A DNA stretch of 64,000 bases, taken from positions 92,274 to 156,273 of IMG/VR virus record IMGVR_UViG_3300030380_006185. One strand, written 5' to 3'. A model generated the notes under the pieces. The model worked only from the letters and a program-made list of their open reading frames with translations, had not been told where the DNA came from and did no database searches. The position numbers and the translations under genes are program-made. Shown piece after piece: positions 1 through 9,013 of this stretch. The DNA comes from a virus. Positions within the stretch are counted from its first letter, which is position 1, and each line of letters opens with the position of its first letter.

Positions 1-548
1 GGAACATATTCTATTACTTTATTTTTTGCTTTATCTCCTAAAACAAGTTCATTTATAAGCTTTGTTTGTTTGGAAATAGCTAAAAGTGCATCACATGACT
101 CGTAAAATGATTTATTATAAAGAGGAGTTGGATAATCATCCCAAATATTCAAATAAATAATTGGAACCTCTTGTCTAATTTCATTTTCCATAGCAAACAA
201 CCACTCAAAATATCTTGGATCAGTAATAATCATTATAGCATCAGGCTTTTCAGTAGCCATTAATTGTCTAACTAAATTCCCATCTCCATAACCATCTACA
301 GGATATAAAAATACTGAGGAATCTTCTATTTCTGCATTTTTATTTGTATCGGAAGATAAATCAAATCTTTTACCTTTTTCAGGGTGTTTTATAGCTCCTG
401 CTACATTAACCCAATTAAAGTGTTGGCAAGTATTAATTACCATTTCACGAGCAACTGTTGCTACTCCTGAGTGGACTCTAATATCATCGCAAATTAATAG
501 GATTTTTTTTCTCTCATTTTGAGGGAGATAACCAAATTTTTCTTTCAT
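1..548 (-). CDS. Glycosyltransferase (GT-B/GT4-like), N-terminal part; runs off the window
   Basis: Manual translation MKEKFGYLPQNERKKILLICDDIRVHSGVATVARE...PDAIMIITDPRYF...CDALLAISK; not in ORF track. Confidence 0.7.
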   Translation of the reverse strand, partial: MKEKFGYLPQNERKKILLICDDIRVHSGVATVAREMVINTCQHFNWVNVAGAIKHPEKGKRFDLSSDTNKNAEIEDSSVFLYPVDGYGDGNLVRQLMATEKPDAIMIITDPRYFEWLFAMENEIRQEVPIIYLNIWDDYPTPLYNKSFYESCDALLAISKQTKLINELVLGDKAKNKVIEYV

Positions 549-584
549 ATAACTTTTTTATTTTTTAAATATAAAACTTAGATT

Positions 585-773
585 TTAATCTTCCAAGCTT
601 AAATTTGTGTGGTTATGAATTTGTTTTCTAAATTCTTCATCCGTTAAATATAAATGGATTGCTCTTTCGGATAATTTTTGAAATGAAAACTTTCTCTTAA
701 TACATTCTACTTTAAATGTTTCAAACAGTGTTTTATCAATTTTTACACTAGTTAATTGTTGATCTTTTGACAT
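585..773 (-). CDS. Small putative DNA-binding protein (ribbon-helix-helix-like)
   Basis: 62 aa; TSVKID strand followed by two predicted helices. Confidence 0.35.
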   Translation of the reverse strand: MSKDQQLTSVKIDKTLFETFKVECIKRKFSFQKLSERAIHLYLTDEEFRKQIHNHTNLSLED

Positions 774-817
774 TATATTCTTATTTTAATATTGTTGGAT
801 ATACATATATGAGTATT

Positions 818-1753
818 TTAGTAAGTCGCAGAACATAAGTGAGTTTTGTTAAAAGGACACCAATGACAGTTTTTATGTGGAGTTGGTTGATGATCTTTAT
901 CTAAATACCCATCTTGACCAAATGCTTCATTTATAAAATTATTAAGGGATTTTTGAACTCTATTCATCTTAACTTTACCTGAGGGGGGTGTGAATGTTTG
1001 GATTCTTCTAATTACAAATTCTTTACTTTCGTATAGTTTACGTTTAACGATAAAAAACTCAACCTCTATTTTTTCAACGGGAACATTATATAGTTCAGCA
1101 AAATATTTTTTATACAACACCAATTGAAGTTGTTTATTTTCATCTGATTTCATTGTTTTATTCCAACCAGATTTGCTTGTTTTAATATCTATAATTTTAA
1201 ATGTTTGGGTTGGTTCATGATACATTACAACATCTAAATATCCCTGTAATAATAGGTTAGGTTTATATTTATGAGGTGTTACTTTAACAGGTACTTCACA
1301 TCCAACTAAATGCCAACCACGTTTTGAAAAATATTTTTTCTTTCTTTTAGCAAATTCTCTAATTATTTCAACTCCATCTTCATAAAACTCTCTTAGCTCT
1401 TCTGGGGATGAGAAATGTTGTTTATTATTGGATTTGTATTGTTTGATATATTCTTCTCTAAGAGTTTCCTCTAACATTTCAGAGGTATTTATTCGATCTG
1501 CTTCAGCATAGCTTTTATCATACATTACTGTAAGGTAATGTTGTAATACTTCGTGCAAAGCGGTTCCAAATACAGTATGGATACTTGAGGTGAATTGTTT
1601 ATGACCTTCTCTATATTGTAATGACCATTTTTTAGGGCATTCATTAAACATAGATAGTTGAGAATAAGAAATTGCCTTTTGATAAGCAAAATTTATCTCA
1701 GGCAATTGTTTCTCTCTAATCTCTTTGAGGATAGAGGGTTTTTTCTTTGACAT
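818..1753 (-). CDS. PD-(D/E)XK nuclease, Cas4/AddB/RecB-like, probable Fe-S
   Basis: SYSQL..F..CP, GTALHEVL, GYLDVV, IIDIKT, QLVLY, C-terminal CHWCP..C; start moved to MSKKKP downstream of the promoter motif. Confidence 0.8.
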   Translation of the reverse strand: MSKKKPSILKEIREKQLPEINFAYQKAISYSQLSMFNECPKKWSLQYREGHKQFTSSIHTVFGTALHEVLQHYLTVMYDKSYAEADRINTSEMLEETLREEYIKQYKSNNKQHFSSPEELREFYEDGVEIIREFAKRKKKYFSKRGWHLVGCEVPVKVTPHKYKPNLLLQGYLDVVMYHEPTQTFKIIDIKTSKSGWNKTMKSDENKQLQLVLYKKYFAELYNVPVEKIEVEFFIVKRKLYESKEFVIRRIQTFTPPSGKVKMNRVQKSLNNFINEAFGQDGYLDKDHQPTPHKNCHWCPFNKTHLCSATY

Positions 1754-1766
1754 AACTATAAAATAC

Positions 1767-1793
1767 AAAAAAAGCCTGTCAAAGACAAGCTTT
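1767..1793 (-). terminator. Hairpin with T-tract overlapping the nuclease promoter
   Basis: AAGCTTGTC-ttt-GACAGGCTT-TTTTT. Confidence 0.6.
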
Positions 1794-1818
1794 AATTTAA
1801 TTTATATAAGAGTTTAGT

Positions 1819-2163
1819 TTATTTTCTATTATAATCGTCTTCAATTCTTACTATATCATCTTCTCCAAAATACGAGCCGTGTTGGACTTCTATAAAGACT
1901 AAATCTTTTTCTTCTTTATTTTCAACTCTATGTTTTACACCTTGAGGAATTAAAACAGTTTCTCCATACTCATAATTACGTATTTCATCATCAAGAGTTA
2001 TAGTGGCAACCCCAGAAACAACTGTCCACACCTCACTTCTTTTAAAATGATATTGGTAACTAAGTCTACCTCCTGGGATAACAGTTATTTGTTTTACTTT
2101 ACATTTTTCATTTGAGAGGAGAATTTCGTATTTACCCCAAGGTCTACTTTCATTTTCTTCCAT
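1819..2163 (-). CDS. Mannose-6-phosphate isomerase type II C-terminal cupin protein
   Basis: RPWG, LSYQYH..RSEVW, HRVEN, EVQHGSYFGEDDIVRIEDDY. Confidence 0.85.
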   Translation of the reverse strand: MEENESRPWGKYEILLSNEKCKVKQITVIPGGRLSYQYHFKRSEVWTVVSGVATITLDDEIRNYEYGETVLIPQGVKHRVENKEEKDLVFIEVQHGSYFGEDDIVRIEDDYNRK

Positions 2164-2169
2164 AGTGTT

Positions 2170-2592
2170 TTATTTTTTTAATAGCCAACTACTAGATTGT
2201 ATCTTGTCACCAAGCCCATCTAAAAGTTTTATCCCTAATTCATTGCAAATTGGACTTTCTGGGATAGATTGGTTGTTTTGGTCTCCTCCATTGGCAAAAT
2301 ATAATTCCCATGTTTTACCATATTCATTATGGATATGTTTTAGGGTTTCTATTTGCGTTCTGTCTTCATCTATAGAAATTAAAGCATGTCCAACATATTT
2401 TATAGAACTTACTATTTCTAATCTTTCATTTTCTTCTTGGAATTCTTTTGATCCCTTTAATTCTCTTTGTAGGTCAGAATTAACTATAGCTATGACATAA
2501 TCATCACTAAATTCTTTAGCTTTTCTTAAAAGTTCTAGGTGTCCTTTATGGATGGGGTTAAAATATCCACTAACTATAACTACTTTTCTCAT
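2170..2592 (-). CDS. Cytidylyltransferase-like (TagD/RfaE-II family)
   Basis: SGYFNPIHKGH (HxGH), FANGGD, KIQSSSWL. Confidence 0.85.
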   Translation of the reverse strand: MRKVVIVSGYFNPIHKGHLELLRKAKEFSDDYVIAIVNSDLQRELKGSKEFQEENERLEIVSSIKYVGHALISIDEDRTQIETLKHIHNEYGKTWELYFANGGDQNNQSIPESPICNELGIKLLDGLGDKIQSSSWLLKK

Positions 2593-2594
2593 TT

Positions 2595-2663
2595 TTAACA
2601 ATTACAGCAGTTACAGCTACAACTAGTTTTACATTTACATGTTTGGCAGTTACAATCTTTCAT
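2595..2663 (-). CDS. Metallothionein-like 22-aa Cys-rich peptide
   Basis: MKDCNCQTCKCKTSCSCNCCNC*; 9 Cys; fills the gap between neighbours; not in ORF track. Confidence 0.6.
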   Translation of the reverse strand: MKDCNCQTCKCKTSCSCNCCNC

Positions 2664-2669
2664 TTTTTT

Positions 2670-2906
2670 TTATTTTATGATTCCGGCTCTCACCATCATT
2701 TTTTTTCTTTCAGCTAGTGCTTCTTCTCCACCCATTATAGCTTCAAAATCAATCATCCCTAACTCACCAGCAACTCTACTCAATTCAATCATATTATTTG
2801 CTACTTTACGGAGTTCTTCATCAGATGAAGCATCATCTTTAGCAAATTCTAGTACTCGAAGGAGTAAAGGGATTGATAATTCAACTGTAGTTTTTGGGTT
2901 TCTCAT
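2670..2906 (-). CDS. Hypothetical (possible virion) protein with C-terminal MMVRAGI motif
   Basis: ORF track; downstream of late promoter motif at 3308. Confidence 0.5.
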   Translation of the reverse strand: MRNPKTTVELSIPLLLRVLEFAKDDASSDEELRKVANNMIELSRVAGELGMIDFEAIMGGEEALAERKKMMVRAGIIK

Positions 2907-3292
2907 TATGCAAATTTTGCTCTTACTGCAGCTCCTAAATCCGCATCATTAGAATGTTTTTTAATCATTTTTCTAACTTCTCCTCTAATAGCTTCTGCAC
3001 TAGCATCAATTCCTACTGCTTCTTCCATTGTATCATCTTCTTCATAGTATGATTCTTTTACATCATCTTCCTCATACATACCTTCTTTAACTTCTTTTTC
3101 CTCTTTTTCTTCTCCTTCATTCATAAAATGCTCAAAAGCCATTTCATAATCTGATTTTTCACGAGGTGGGATTTGGGTAATTGCTTCAACTCCAACGATT
3201 CCACCAGCCATGTAGTGTTCGTTTAAGTTTTCTTTTTCTTCATTAACAGGCACTCCTGCTAATTTTTGCATTCGATTTAATTCTTTTGACAT
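2906..3292 (-). CDS. Acidic hypothetical protein, possible head-internal/scaffold-like
   Basis: N-terminal RMQKLAGV, repeated (L/V/M)xE sites, late promoter motif upstream. Confidence 0.5.
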   Translation of the reverse strand: MSKELNRMQKLAGVPVNEEKENLNEHYMAGGIVGVEAITQIPPREKSDYEMAFEHFMNEGEEKEEKEVKEGMYEEDDVKESYYEEDDTMEEAVGIDASAEAIRGEVRKMIKKHSNDADLGAAVRAKFA

Positions 3293-3315
3293 TTTATAGT
3301 ATTTTATTATAAATA

Positions 3316-3525
3316 TTAACCTTTTATTGTTCTTTCAATTTTTTCAAGATAAAGTATAGCATCCATATGTTCTTGTTTAGCATGTTCTATCCAATCTAGG
3401 ATGCCTAAGTCTGTTCTATCTAAATCTGTATTGTATTTTTCTTTTCCAAATTTAGCTCTTTCAATAAATTGATCAATAACTGAATCAACTATTGAGTCTG
3501 TTTTTTCAATTTTTCTTTTTTTCAT
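3316..3525 (-). CDS. Small protein, possibly all-alpha NTP pyrophosphatase-like
   Basis: RAKFGKEKY...DWIEHAKQEHMDAILYL; start moved to MKKRK. Confidence 0.35.
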   Translation of the reverse strand: MKKRKIEKTDSIVDSVIDQFIERAKFGKEKYNTDLDRTDLGILDWIEHAKQEHMDAILYLEKIERTIKG

Positions 3526-3727
3526 GTATGTACCAAGGTAAAGTGTCTTTTTTCTTTTTAGGTTTTTCATACCAACCTACATTAGGAAGAATTGTACCTA
3601 AATGACTTTTATCTAATAATTCAATGTTATAGGTTTTAGGAGATTTAATTTCTATTATTTCTCCTGTATAGCTTTCTCCTAAAAATGTACAATGTACTTT
3701 ATCTCCTATTTTTAGTTTTTTACCCAC
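3506..3727 (-). CDS. Hypothetical small beta-barrel-like protein
   Basis: KIGDKV...YTGEIIEI pattern. Confidence 0.4.
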   Translation of the reverse strand: MGKKLKIGDKVHCTFLGESYTGEIIEIKSPKTYNIELLDKSHLGTILPNVGWYEKPKKKKDTLPWYIHEKKKN

Positions 3728-4178
3728 TTTTTAATAGTTTTTTAGATTCTTTTTCATCAACACCCATAGTATGGAGTATATTTAGGGTTTCTTTCTTTTT
3801 TAAAACTTCTAAGTATCTAGCAGCTGTAAATTTACCACATTGAAAATAGTCACTTAAAATTTCTACAAGTTGTGGATTAGGGGATTTTTTCTTACTTTTT
3901 ATATACTTTAAGAAAACCTTCTTTTTTGGAATCATTTCTCTATAAATATTATAGGTTTGTATTTTATTATCGTAAGGTATAGTTTGGACATGATTAGTCA
4001 ATTCAACGTAATTTACATTCATAGACACAAACCGATGAATCATATAGGAGTTAAAACAATCCCATGATTCATCAGTAAAACAATTAGCAGGTGTTTTATA
4101 TAGAGTGATTTCATTTAACCACCCCCATATATTTTTTATCTGCTTTCTGCCTGGTCTAGGGTATCTACTAGTCTTCAA
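3720..4178 (-). CDS. Probable clamp loader small subunit (T4 gp62-like)
   Basis: FNSYMIHRFVSM..., IPKKKVFLKYIK; near the RFC gene. Confidence 0.55.
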   Translation of the reverse strand: MKTSRYPRPGRKQIKNIWGWLNEITLYKTPANCFTDESWDCFNSYMIHRFVSMNVNYVELTNHVQTIPYDNKIQTYNIYREMIPKKKVFLKYIKSKKKSPNPQLVEILSDYFQCGKFTAARYLEVLKKKETLNILHTMGVDEKESKKLLKSG

Positions 4179-4422
4179 TAGTCATATCTTTATATTCTTC
4201 TCTAATTTCAGGTGGAATAGAATCTTTAAGAATTTTCTTTGATTCTAAATCATAAAATACAGGGATAGGCATAAGCATATCTTCATCTGTTCCTGTTACA
4301 AATTTGGATACTTTACGAATTACTACCGCTTGTCCAAATAATTTACCTCCATCGAATCCCTCTACTGCTGTAGTGTTTGTTAGGTCAATGTTTGGTTGTT
4401 GTGGGGGTGCTTGATTTTGCAT
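4168..4422 (-). CDS. Hypothetical protein
   Basis: ORF track, tight operon packing. Confidence 0.6.
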   Translation of the reverse strand: MQNQAPPQQPNIDLTNTTAVEGFDGGKLFGQAVVIRKVSKFVTGTDEDMLMPIPVFYDLESKKILKDSIPPEIREEYKDMTIED

Positions 4423-4432
4423 TATTTATTAT

Positions 4433-5341
4433 TTATTTAATTGTTTCTATTATTTTGGCTATTGCCGACATTATATTAATCTCTTTATCAATTCGGAAAT
4501 TTGCTTGAAAAAGATGTTCATTTAGTATTATAGTTACTGATCCTTCCTTATCTTTAGCATATACTGAAATATGTTCAAATAGTAAGCGGTATAGTTCTTC
4601 AAAATCTTTTACACCACTATCTGCTATAATTTGTCTTATTTTAATCCAGTTTTTTGTTTGGGTAAGTTCTTTTAGTACTTCTTTAGTATAATTGTTTGAA
4701 GCTAAAACTGATTCATTTATTTTAAGTTTACCATCTTGGTTAGATAATTGGATTGTATTCAACATTTTTCTAACATCAGGATAGTTTTTATTTACTATAG
4801 TAGCTACTTCTTTAACATCATGTGAAATACTTTCTTTTTCCATTACATCTGCTAAATGTTTTGCAATAACTGATTTTGATGGTGGAACAATTTTAAGTAC
4901 TTGACAACGTGATTGTATTGGATCAATAATTCTCTCAACAAAATTACACGTTAATATAAAGCGAGTTGAACGAGAAAATGTTTCAATTACGTTTCTAAGT
5001 GCTGCTTGTCCATTTATAGTAATAAAATCTGCTTCATCTAAGATAACTACTTTTATACCATTCCAAGAAGCAGCAGAAGCGAATCCTTTTACTTTTTCTC
5101 TGATTGTATCAATTCCATTTTCATCACTTGCGTTAATATAAAGATGGTCACAGTTTAGATTTTTAACTATAAGTTTAGCTAGTGTAGTTTTACCTGTTCC
5201 AGCAGGTCCATAGAATATAAAGTTTTGGATGTCGTTTTGGTCAAGATATTTTTGAATTGTCTCTTTGACTTGTTCATTTCCTACATAATCTTGTAAAACA
5301 GTAGGACGGTATTTTTCAACTAACAAAGTGTTGTCTTTCAT
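4433..5341 (-). CDS. Clamp loader AAA+ subunit (RFC small / T4 gp44-like)
   Basis: LVEKYRP, GPAGTGKT, INASDE, ILDEAD, SRC. Confidence 0.95.
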   Translation of the reverse strand: MKDNTLLVEKYRPTVLQDYVGNEQVKETIQKYLDQNDIQNFIFYGPAGTGKTTLAKLIVKNLNCDHLYINASDENGIDTIREKVKGFASAASWNGIKVVILDEADFITINGQAALRNVIETFSRSTRFILTCNFVERIIDPIQSRCQVLKIVPPSKSVIAKHLADVMEKESISHDVKEVATIVNKNYPDVRKMLNTIQLSNQDGKLKINESVLASNNYTKEVLKELTQTKNWIKIRQIIADSGVKDFEELYRLLFEHISVYAKDKEGSVTIILNEHLFQANFRIDKEINIMSAIAKIIETIK

Positions 5342-5358
5342 AACTTATTTTTATAACC

Positions 5359-5389
5359 TAATTATACAAAAACTTTTACCAATAGGCAA
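5359..5389 (-). promoter_or_regulatory. Putative early/middle promoter TTG-N20-TAyaTTwA (representative of 11 copies)
   Basis: Copies at 566-596, 1758-1788, 5359-5389, 12843-12873, 14143-14173, 19039-19069, 24741-24771, 25572-25602, 31931-31961, 34927-34957, 36694-36724. Confidence 0.7.
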
Positions 5390-5392
5390 GTT

Positions 5393-6058
5393 TTATTTTT
5401 TAAAATATTGATTATAAGTTGTTTCTACAAATTCATCATAAACAGGATGAAACATATATTCATCGATTCCCCTTCTAAGGATATCATCAGTTGTTATAAG
5501 AAATTCTCTTGGGGTGTATGTACCAGCATCATCTCTTATCCATTGTTTAATGTCTTCTTCAGTAAAACCTCTATATGTAGCAATATCAACTTTTTTAAAT
5601 TTTATATAATCTTTTATATCCTTAACTATTTTTGATTGTTTTGAATATAGAAAACTTTTTAATTCTTCAGGAGTACCAAGTTTATTTTCATTAATTGCGC
5701 TATGTATTTCCTCTAAAGTATCTATTTCTAATTCACTTTCAAATCCATACCTATTAGAAAGTTTAGTTAAAATATTTTTAACTTTAATTTTATCTTTTCT
5801 ATTAACTAGTATTTTAAGATTTTTATCACTAATCCCATGATCATTTTCTACTGCAGCGTCAAAAGATTGAAGAAGGGATTCAACGTCATTTCTAAATTTT
5901 TTATATTTTTTTTCAAAATATGGTTCCCCTACTTTATCACTGTAGGTCATTAAATACAAGTGGACTAAATCATCTTTTGGTTTATAATCTATTGTACGAA
6001 GTTCTAATACCTTAGATATTTCCTCTTTGATAAGTTGTTTTAGTTGGGAATGTTTCAT
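5393..6058 (-). CDS. Leader-A array protein with a second internal leader remnant
   Basis: MKHSQLKQLIKEEI; internal EEIHSAINE. Confidence 0.7.
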   Translation of the reverse strand: MKHSQLKQLIKEEISKVLELRTIDYKPKDDLVHLYLMTYSDKVGEPYFEKKYKKFRNDVESLLQSFDAAVENDHGISDKNLKILVNRKDKIKVKNILTKLSNRYGFESELEIDTLEEIHSAINENKLGTPEELKSFLYSKQSKIVKDIKDYIKFKKVDIATYRGFTEEDIKQWIRDDAGTYTPREFLITTDDILRRGIDEYMFHPVYDEFVETTYNQYFKK

Positions 6059-6060
6059 TT

Positions 6061-6672
6061 TTATCTTTTTGGAAGTCTTCTCTTTAAAAGTAACTTATAG
6101 TCATAATCAACCATTTTATCTAAACCTGAATGGAATCCACGATTTCCACCCTCACGGTAGAAAAAGAAATATAATTTATGTTTAGGTGAATAATAATATT
6201 CAGATGAAAGTGATGTTGACAATGGTGTTTTTTTATAATTTTGTTCTATAGCTTGTTTAAATTCATCACGTGTCATACCATCAGTAGCTACATAAAGTTG
6301 TGTATGACCTAATGCCCCACTTGAAGTTCCTTCAACGTATGCTTTTATTGCTATACCCTTTTCTTCTAGTTCTTTAGCTAAAGCAGAAGCATCGTTCCAT
6401 ACTTTACTATCAGTACGAACTTCATCAATTGGAAGAGAATTAACTTGAGCTTCTGCATCTCTTACCATTTTAAAGAATTTAGGTAAATCTTTTTTACTAA
6501 TTTTAAGGTATGCGTCTCCACCATATGAATCACTACCTATAATAAAATACAAGTTACCATCAACACCAAATTTTAAATTTGCTACACCCAACATCTTAGA
6601 TAAATGTTTACCTTCATTTAATACGCTACGTATTTCCTCTTTAATAAGTTTTTTTAGTTGTGAGTGTTTCAT
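6061..6672 (-). CDS. Leader-A array protein
   Basis: MKHSQLKKLIKEEIRSVLNE. Confidence 0.7.
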   Translation of the reverse strand: MKHSQLKKLIKEEIRSVLNEGKHLSKMLGVANLKFGVDGNLYFIIGSDSYGGDAYLKISKKDLPKFFKMVRDAEAQVNSLPIDEVRTDSKVWNDASALAKELEEKGIAIKAYVEGTSSGALGHTQLYVATDGMTRDEFKQAIEQNYKKTPLSTSLSSEYYYSPKHKLYFFFYREGGNRGFHSGLDKMVDYDYKLLLKRRLPKR

Positions 6673-7001
6673 CTTATTTTATTTAAAATGCTGTTAAAAA
6701 TTTCTATCTCATCAGAAAAGAAATTATCTCCCTTATTTTGCATTTCTTCAACCTTCATTTCTAGAAAATAAATTAATTTTCTTCTCTCTATAGGAGTAAG
6801 CTCAAGCGATTCATTTAATAGCTTATTTTCAGCTAATTGTACTTTTTTATTATAATGTGATTTTAGAACCATATTTATAGCATCTCTAAACTTCCAAAAG
6901 GGAGTTGAATATACTAAAGTTCTAATTTTACCTGCTAAATCAATTGTTGAAGCATTAGATATTTCTTCTTTAATAAGTTTTTTTAGTTGTGAGTGTTTCA
7001 T
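6669..7001 (-). CDS. Leader-A array protein with an internal leader-B remnant
   Basis: MKHSQLKKLIKEEI; internal LAENKLLNE. Confidence 0.7.
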   Translation of the reverse strand: MKHSQLKKLIKEEISNASTIDLAGKIRTLVYSTPFWKFRDAINMVLKSHYNKKVQLAENKLLNESLELTPIERRKLIYFLEMKVEEMQNKGDNFFSDEIEIFNSILNKIR

Positions 7002-7483
7002 GATACGCTTTTTGTAATCTTCAGTTGTTTTAAATCTTTTAAATATTCATCTGTCATTACAAGAATTACTCCCATTTTGTAATGTGGTTGTTGAGAGGTA
7101 AATGAAAGTTCAGTTACTTTTGGGTTGAATCTAGGAGGTTTGTTATTGTAATATTGTATTTGATATACACCAAATTCTTTTCCTTCACCTTCTTTATCGG
7201 GGTGAGGGTCTTGTGGATAGTTCCCTTCAAATTGGTTATATTGAATATGTGAAAACATTGGAGATGTTGTTTTTTCAGGTGTCATCAAGTTCAATGTAGC
7301 TTCTTTCATACTACTAACTGCGTTTGGGAAGTATCGTTTAATAACTTCCATATCTTCAGCATCAGGTTTATTTCGTTCAACGTATTTTACAATTTTATCA
7401 CCTGAAAAATTTTTGTAGGTGGCTTCATTTAATGCGCTACGTATTTCCTCTTTGATGAGTTGTTTTAATTCGGAGTGTTTCAT
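6998..7483 (-). CDS. Leader-A array protein
   Basis: MKHSELKQLIKEEIRSALNE. Confidence 0.7.
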   Translation of the reverse strand: MKHSELKQLIKEEIRSALNEATYKNFSGDKIVKYVERNKPDAEDMEVIKRYFPNAVSSMKEATLNLMTPEKTTSPMFSHIQYNQFEGNYPQDPHPDKEGEGKEFGVYQIQYYNNKPPRFNPKVTELSFTSQQPHYKMGVILVMTDEYLKDLKQLKITKSVS

Positions 7484-7484
7484 C

Positions 7485-7724
7485 TTATTTTTGTGAAAAT
7501 CGAAAATATTTTCTTATTGTATCCTTAATATCCAACTCATTATTTTTCCAGTATTTTTCATCAAAAGAATCATAATCATCACCAGGTTGTGCTTCTAACC
7601 CCTTTTCATATGCTACTTGAAAATGAATTTTAAGAGCATTTGTTAATGAGGTATCTGGGAATTGGGTATCTTCATTTAATAGCTTATTTTCAGCTAAATA
7701 TTTTTTTAAGTCAAAGTTTTTCAT
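7485..7724 (-). CDS. Leader-B array protein
   Basis: MKNFDLKKYLAENKLLNE. Confidence 0.7.
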   Translation of the reverse strand: MKNFDLKKYLAENKLLNEDTQFPDTSLTNALKIHFQVAYEKGLEAQPGDDYDSFDEKYWKNNELDIKDTIRKYFRFSQK

Positions 7725-7730
7725 TTTATT

Positions 7731-7967
7731 TTATATATTGTTACTAATTTCTTTTAATTTTGAAATAATTGCTTTAATTTCTTTACTATAAAGTTGTATA
7801 TTTTCTTTTTCATCAAACATGTATTCTCTAACATTTGAATTTAAAATGTTATTTAACTGTTCAATAGATCGATCAAATGCATCTTTAAAGGTATTAGGTT
7901 TATTATAAAAGTTTTCATTTAATAGCTTATTTTCAGCTAAATATTTTTTTAAATTAAAGTTTTCCAT
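7731..7967 (-). CDS. Leader-B array protein
   Basis: MENFNLKKYLAENKLLNE; start moved to the leader Met. Confidence 0.7.
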   Translation of the reverse strand: MENFNLKKYLAENKLLNENFYNKPNTFKDAFDRSIEQLNNILNSNVREYMFDEKENIQLYSKEIKAIISKLKEISNNI

Positions 7968-7968
7968 T

Positions 7969-8520
7969 TTAATCAAATTTATAATATTTCTTTTTGTTCC
8001 TTATAGTACCTAATAATATGTTATTTATTACGTCTGTAACTGTTTTTAAACTTCTATCTAATTCCTCTTCAGATTGATCATTTTTTACTGCAGTCATAAA
8101 AACATCATCTAATGCTTTTACTATGGATTTTCTTAGTGGATTATATAATTCTACTGATACTCCAGATACATAATTTCGGTGCATTGGATTAGCTTCAATC
8201 TCATTCACTTCATTTAGTTCTCCTTCACTACGTAAATGTCCTACTACATATTCTTTATATCTTTCAATTATATCTAATATAGTAAAATTGTCTGGAAATT
8301 GGTTTGCTGTAGTTCTTTGTAACATTTCTTTATCAGTGTATCTGTTGGAATATTCAGGGTGTGCCTTGTCAAACCCATCCATTGAACCAAACTGAGCCTT
8401 CCATGATTTTCTTTTATATGCTTCTGATCCTTTATTTTCGGGGTCTTGGTTAGGATCATATTCATTTAAAGCATTATGTACTTCTTCTTTAATAAGTTGT
8501 TTTAGTTCTGATGGTTTCAT
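7969..8520 (-). CDS. Leader-A array protein
   Basis: MKPSELKQLIKEEVHNALNE. Confidence 0.7.
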   Translation of the reverse strand: MKPSELKQLIKEEVHNALNEYDPNQDPENKGSEAYKRKSWKAQFGSMDGFDKAHPEYSNRYTDKEMLQRTTANQFPDNFTILDIIERYKEYVVGHLRSEGELNEVNEIEANPMHRNYVSGVSVELYNPLRKSIVKALDDVFMTAVKNDQSEEELDRSLKTVTDVINNILLGTIRNKKKYYKFD

Positions 8521-8726
8521 TAATAGTATCCTCCTCTATATTTTAAAGTTTTTGCTATTGGCTCTAGTTTTGATGCTAAAGCAACTTTACCATCTTTAGA
8601 TAAAATATCACCTAAATCTTTTACTGCTTTAACAATTCCATCAATTTTTTCTAATTCTTCATCAAAATTTTCTTCTTTCACTAGCTTATTTTCAGCTAAG
8701 TATTTTTTTAAATTAAATTCTTTCAT
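8520..8726 (-). CDS. Leader-B array protein
   Basis: MKEFNLKKYLAENKLVKEE. Confidence 0.7.
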   Translation of the reverse strand: MKEFNLKKYLAENKLVKEENFDEELEKIDGIVKAVKDLGDILSKDGKVALASKLEPIAKTLKYRGGYY

Positions 8727-8737
8727 TTTAATTAAAT

Positions 8738-9013
8738 TTACATTTTATATATTGTTGGCAAGTCATTTTTTGATACAGTATCACCTAATTCAATTACCCA
8801 ATAAGCACTTTCTGGTAGACCCATTTCTTTTCCAATAACCGCTCGTATTTCTTCTAAAGTTGCTTCTCTGGTAAGTTCAAGAAAATCTCCATAGGATTCA
8901 TAACGATCTATACTATATTTTAGTACTCTGTATATTCCAGGTTTGAAGATTTCTGTTTCCTCATTTAATAGCTTATTTTCAGCTAAGTATTTTTTTAAAT
9001 TAAATTCTTTCAT
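8738..9013 (-). CDS. Leader-B array protein
   Basis: MKEFNLKKYLAENKLLNEE. Confidence 0.7.
   Translation of the reverse strand: MKEFNLKKYLAENKLLNEETEIFKPGIYRVLKYSIDRYESYGDFLELTREATLEEIRAVIGKEMGLPESAYWVIELGDTVSKNDLPTIYKM

Noticed and set aside
818-1753. Cas4 as evidence of a CRISPR-Cas system
   Set aside because: Stand-alone Cas4/RecB-like nucleases are common in phages; no cas1/cas2 or array nearby.
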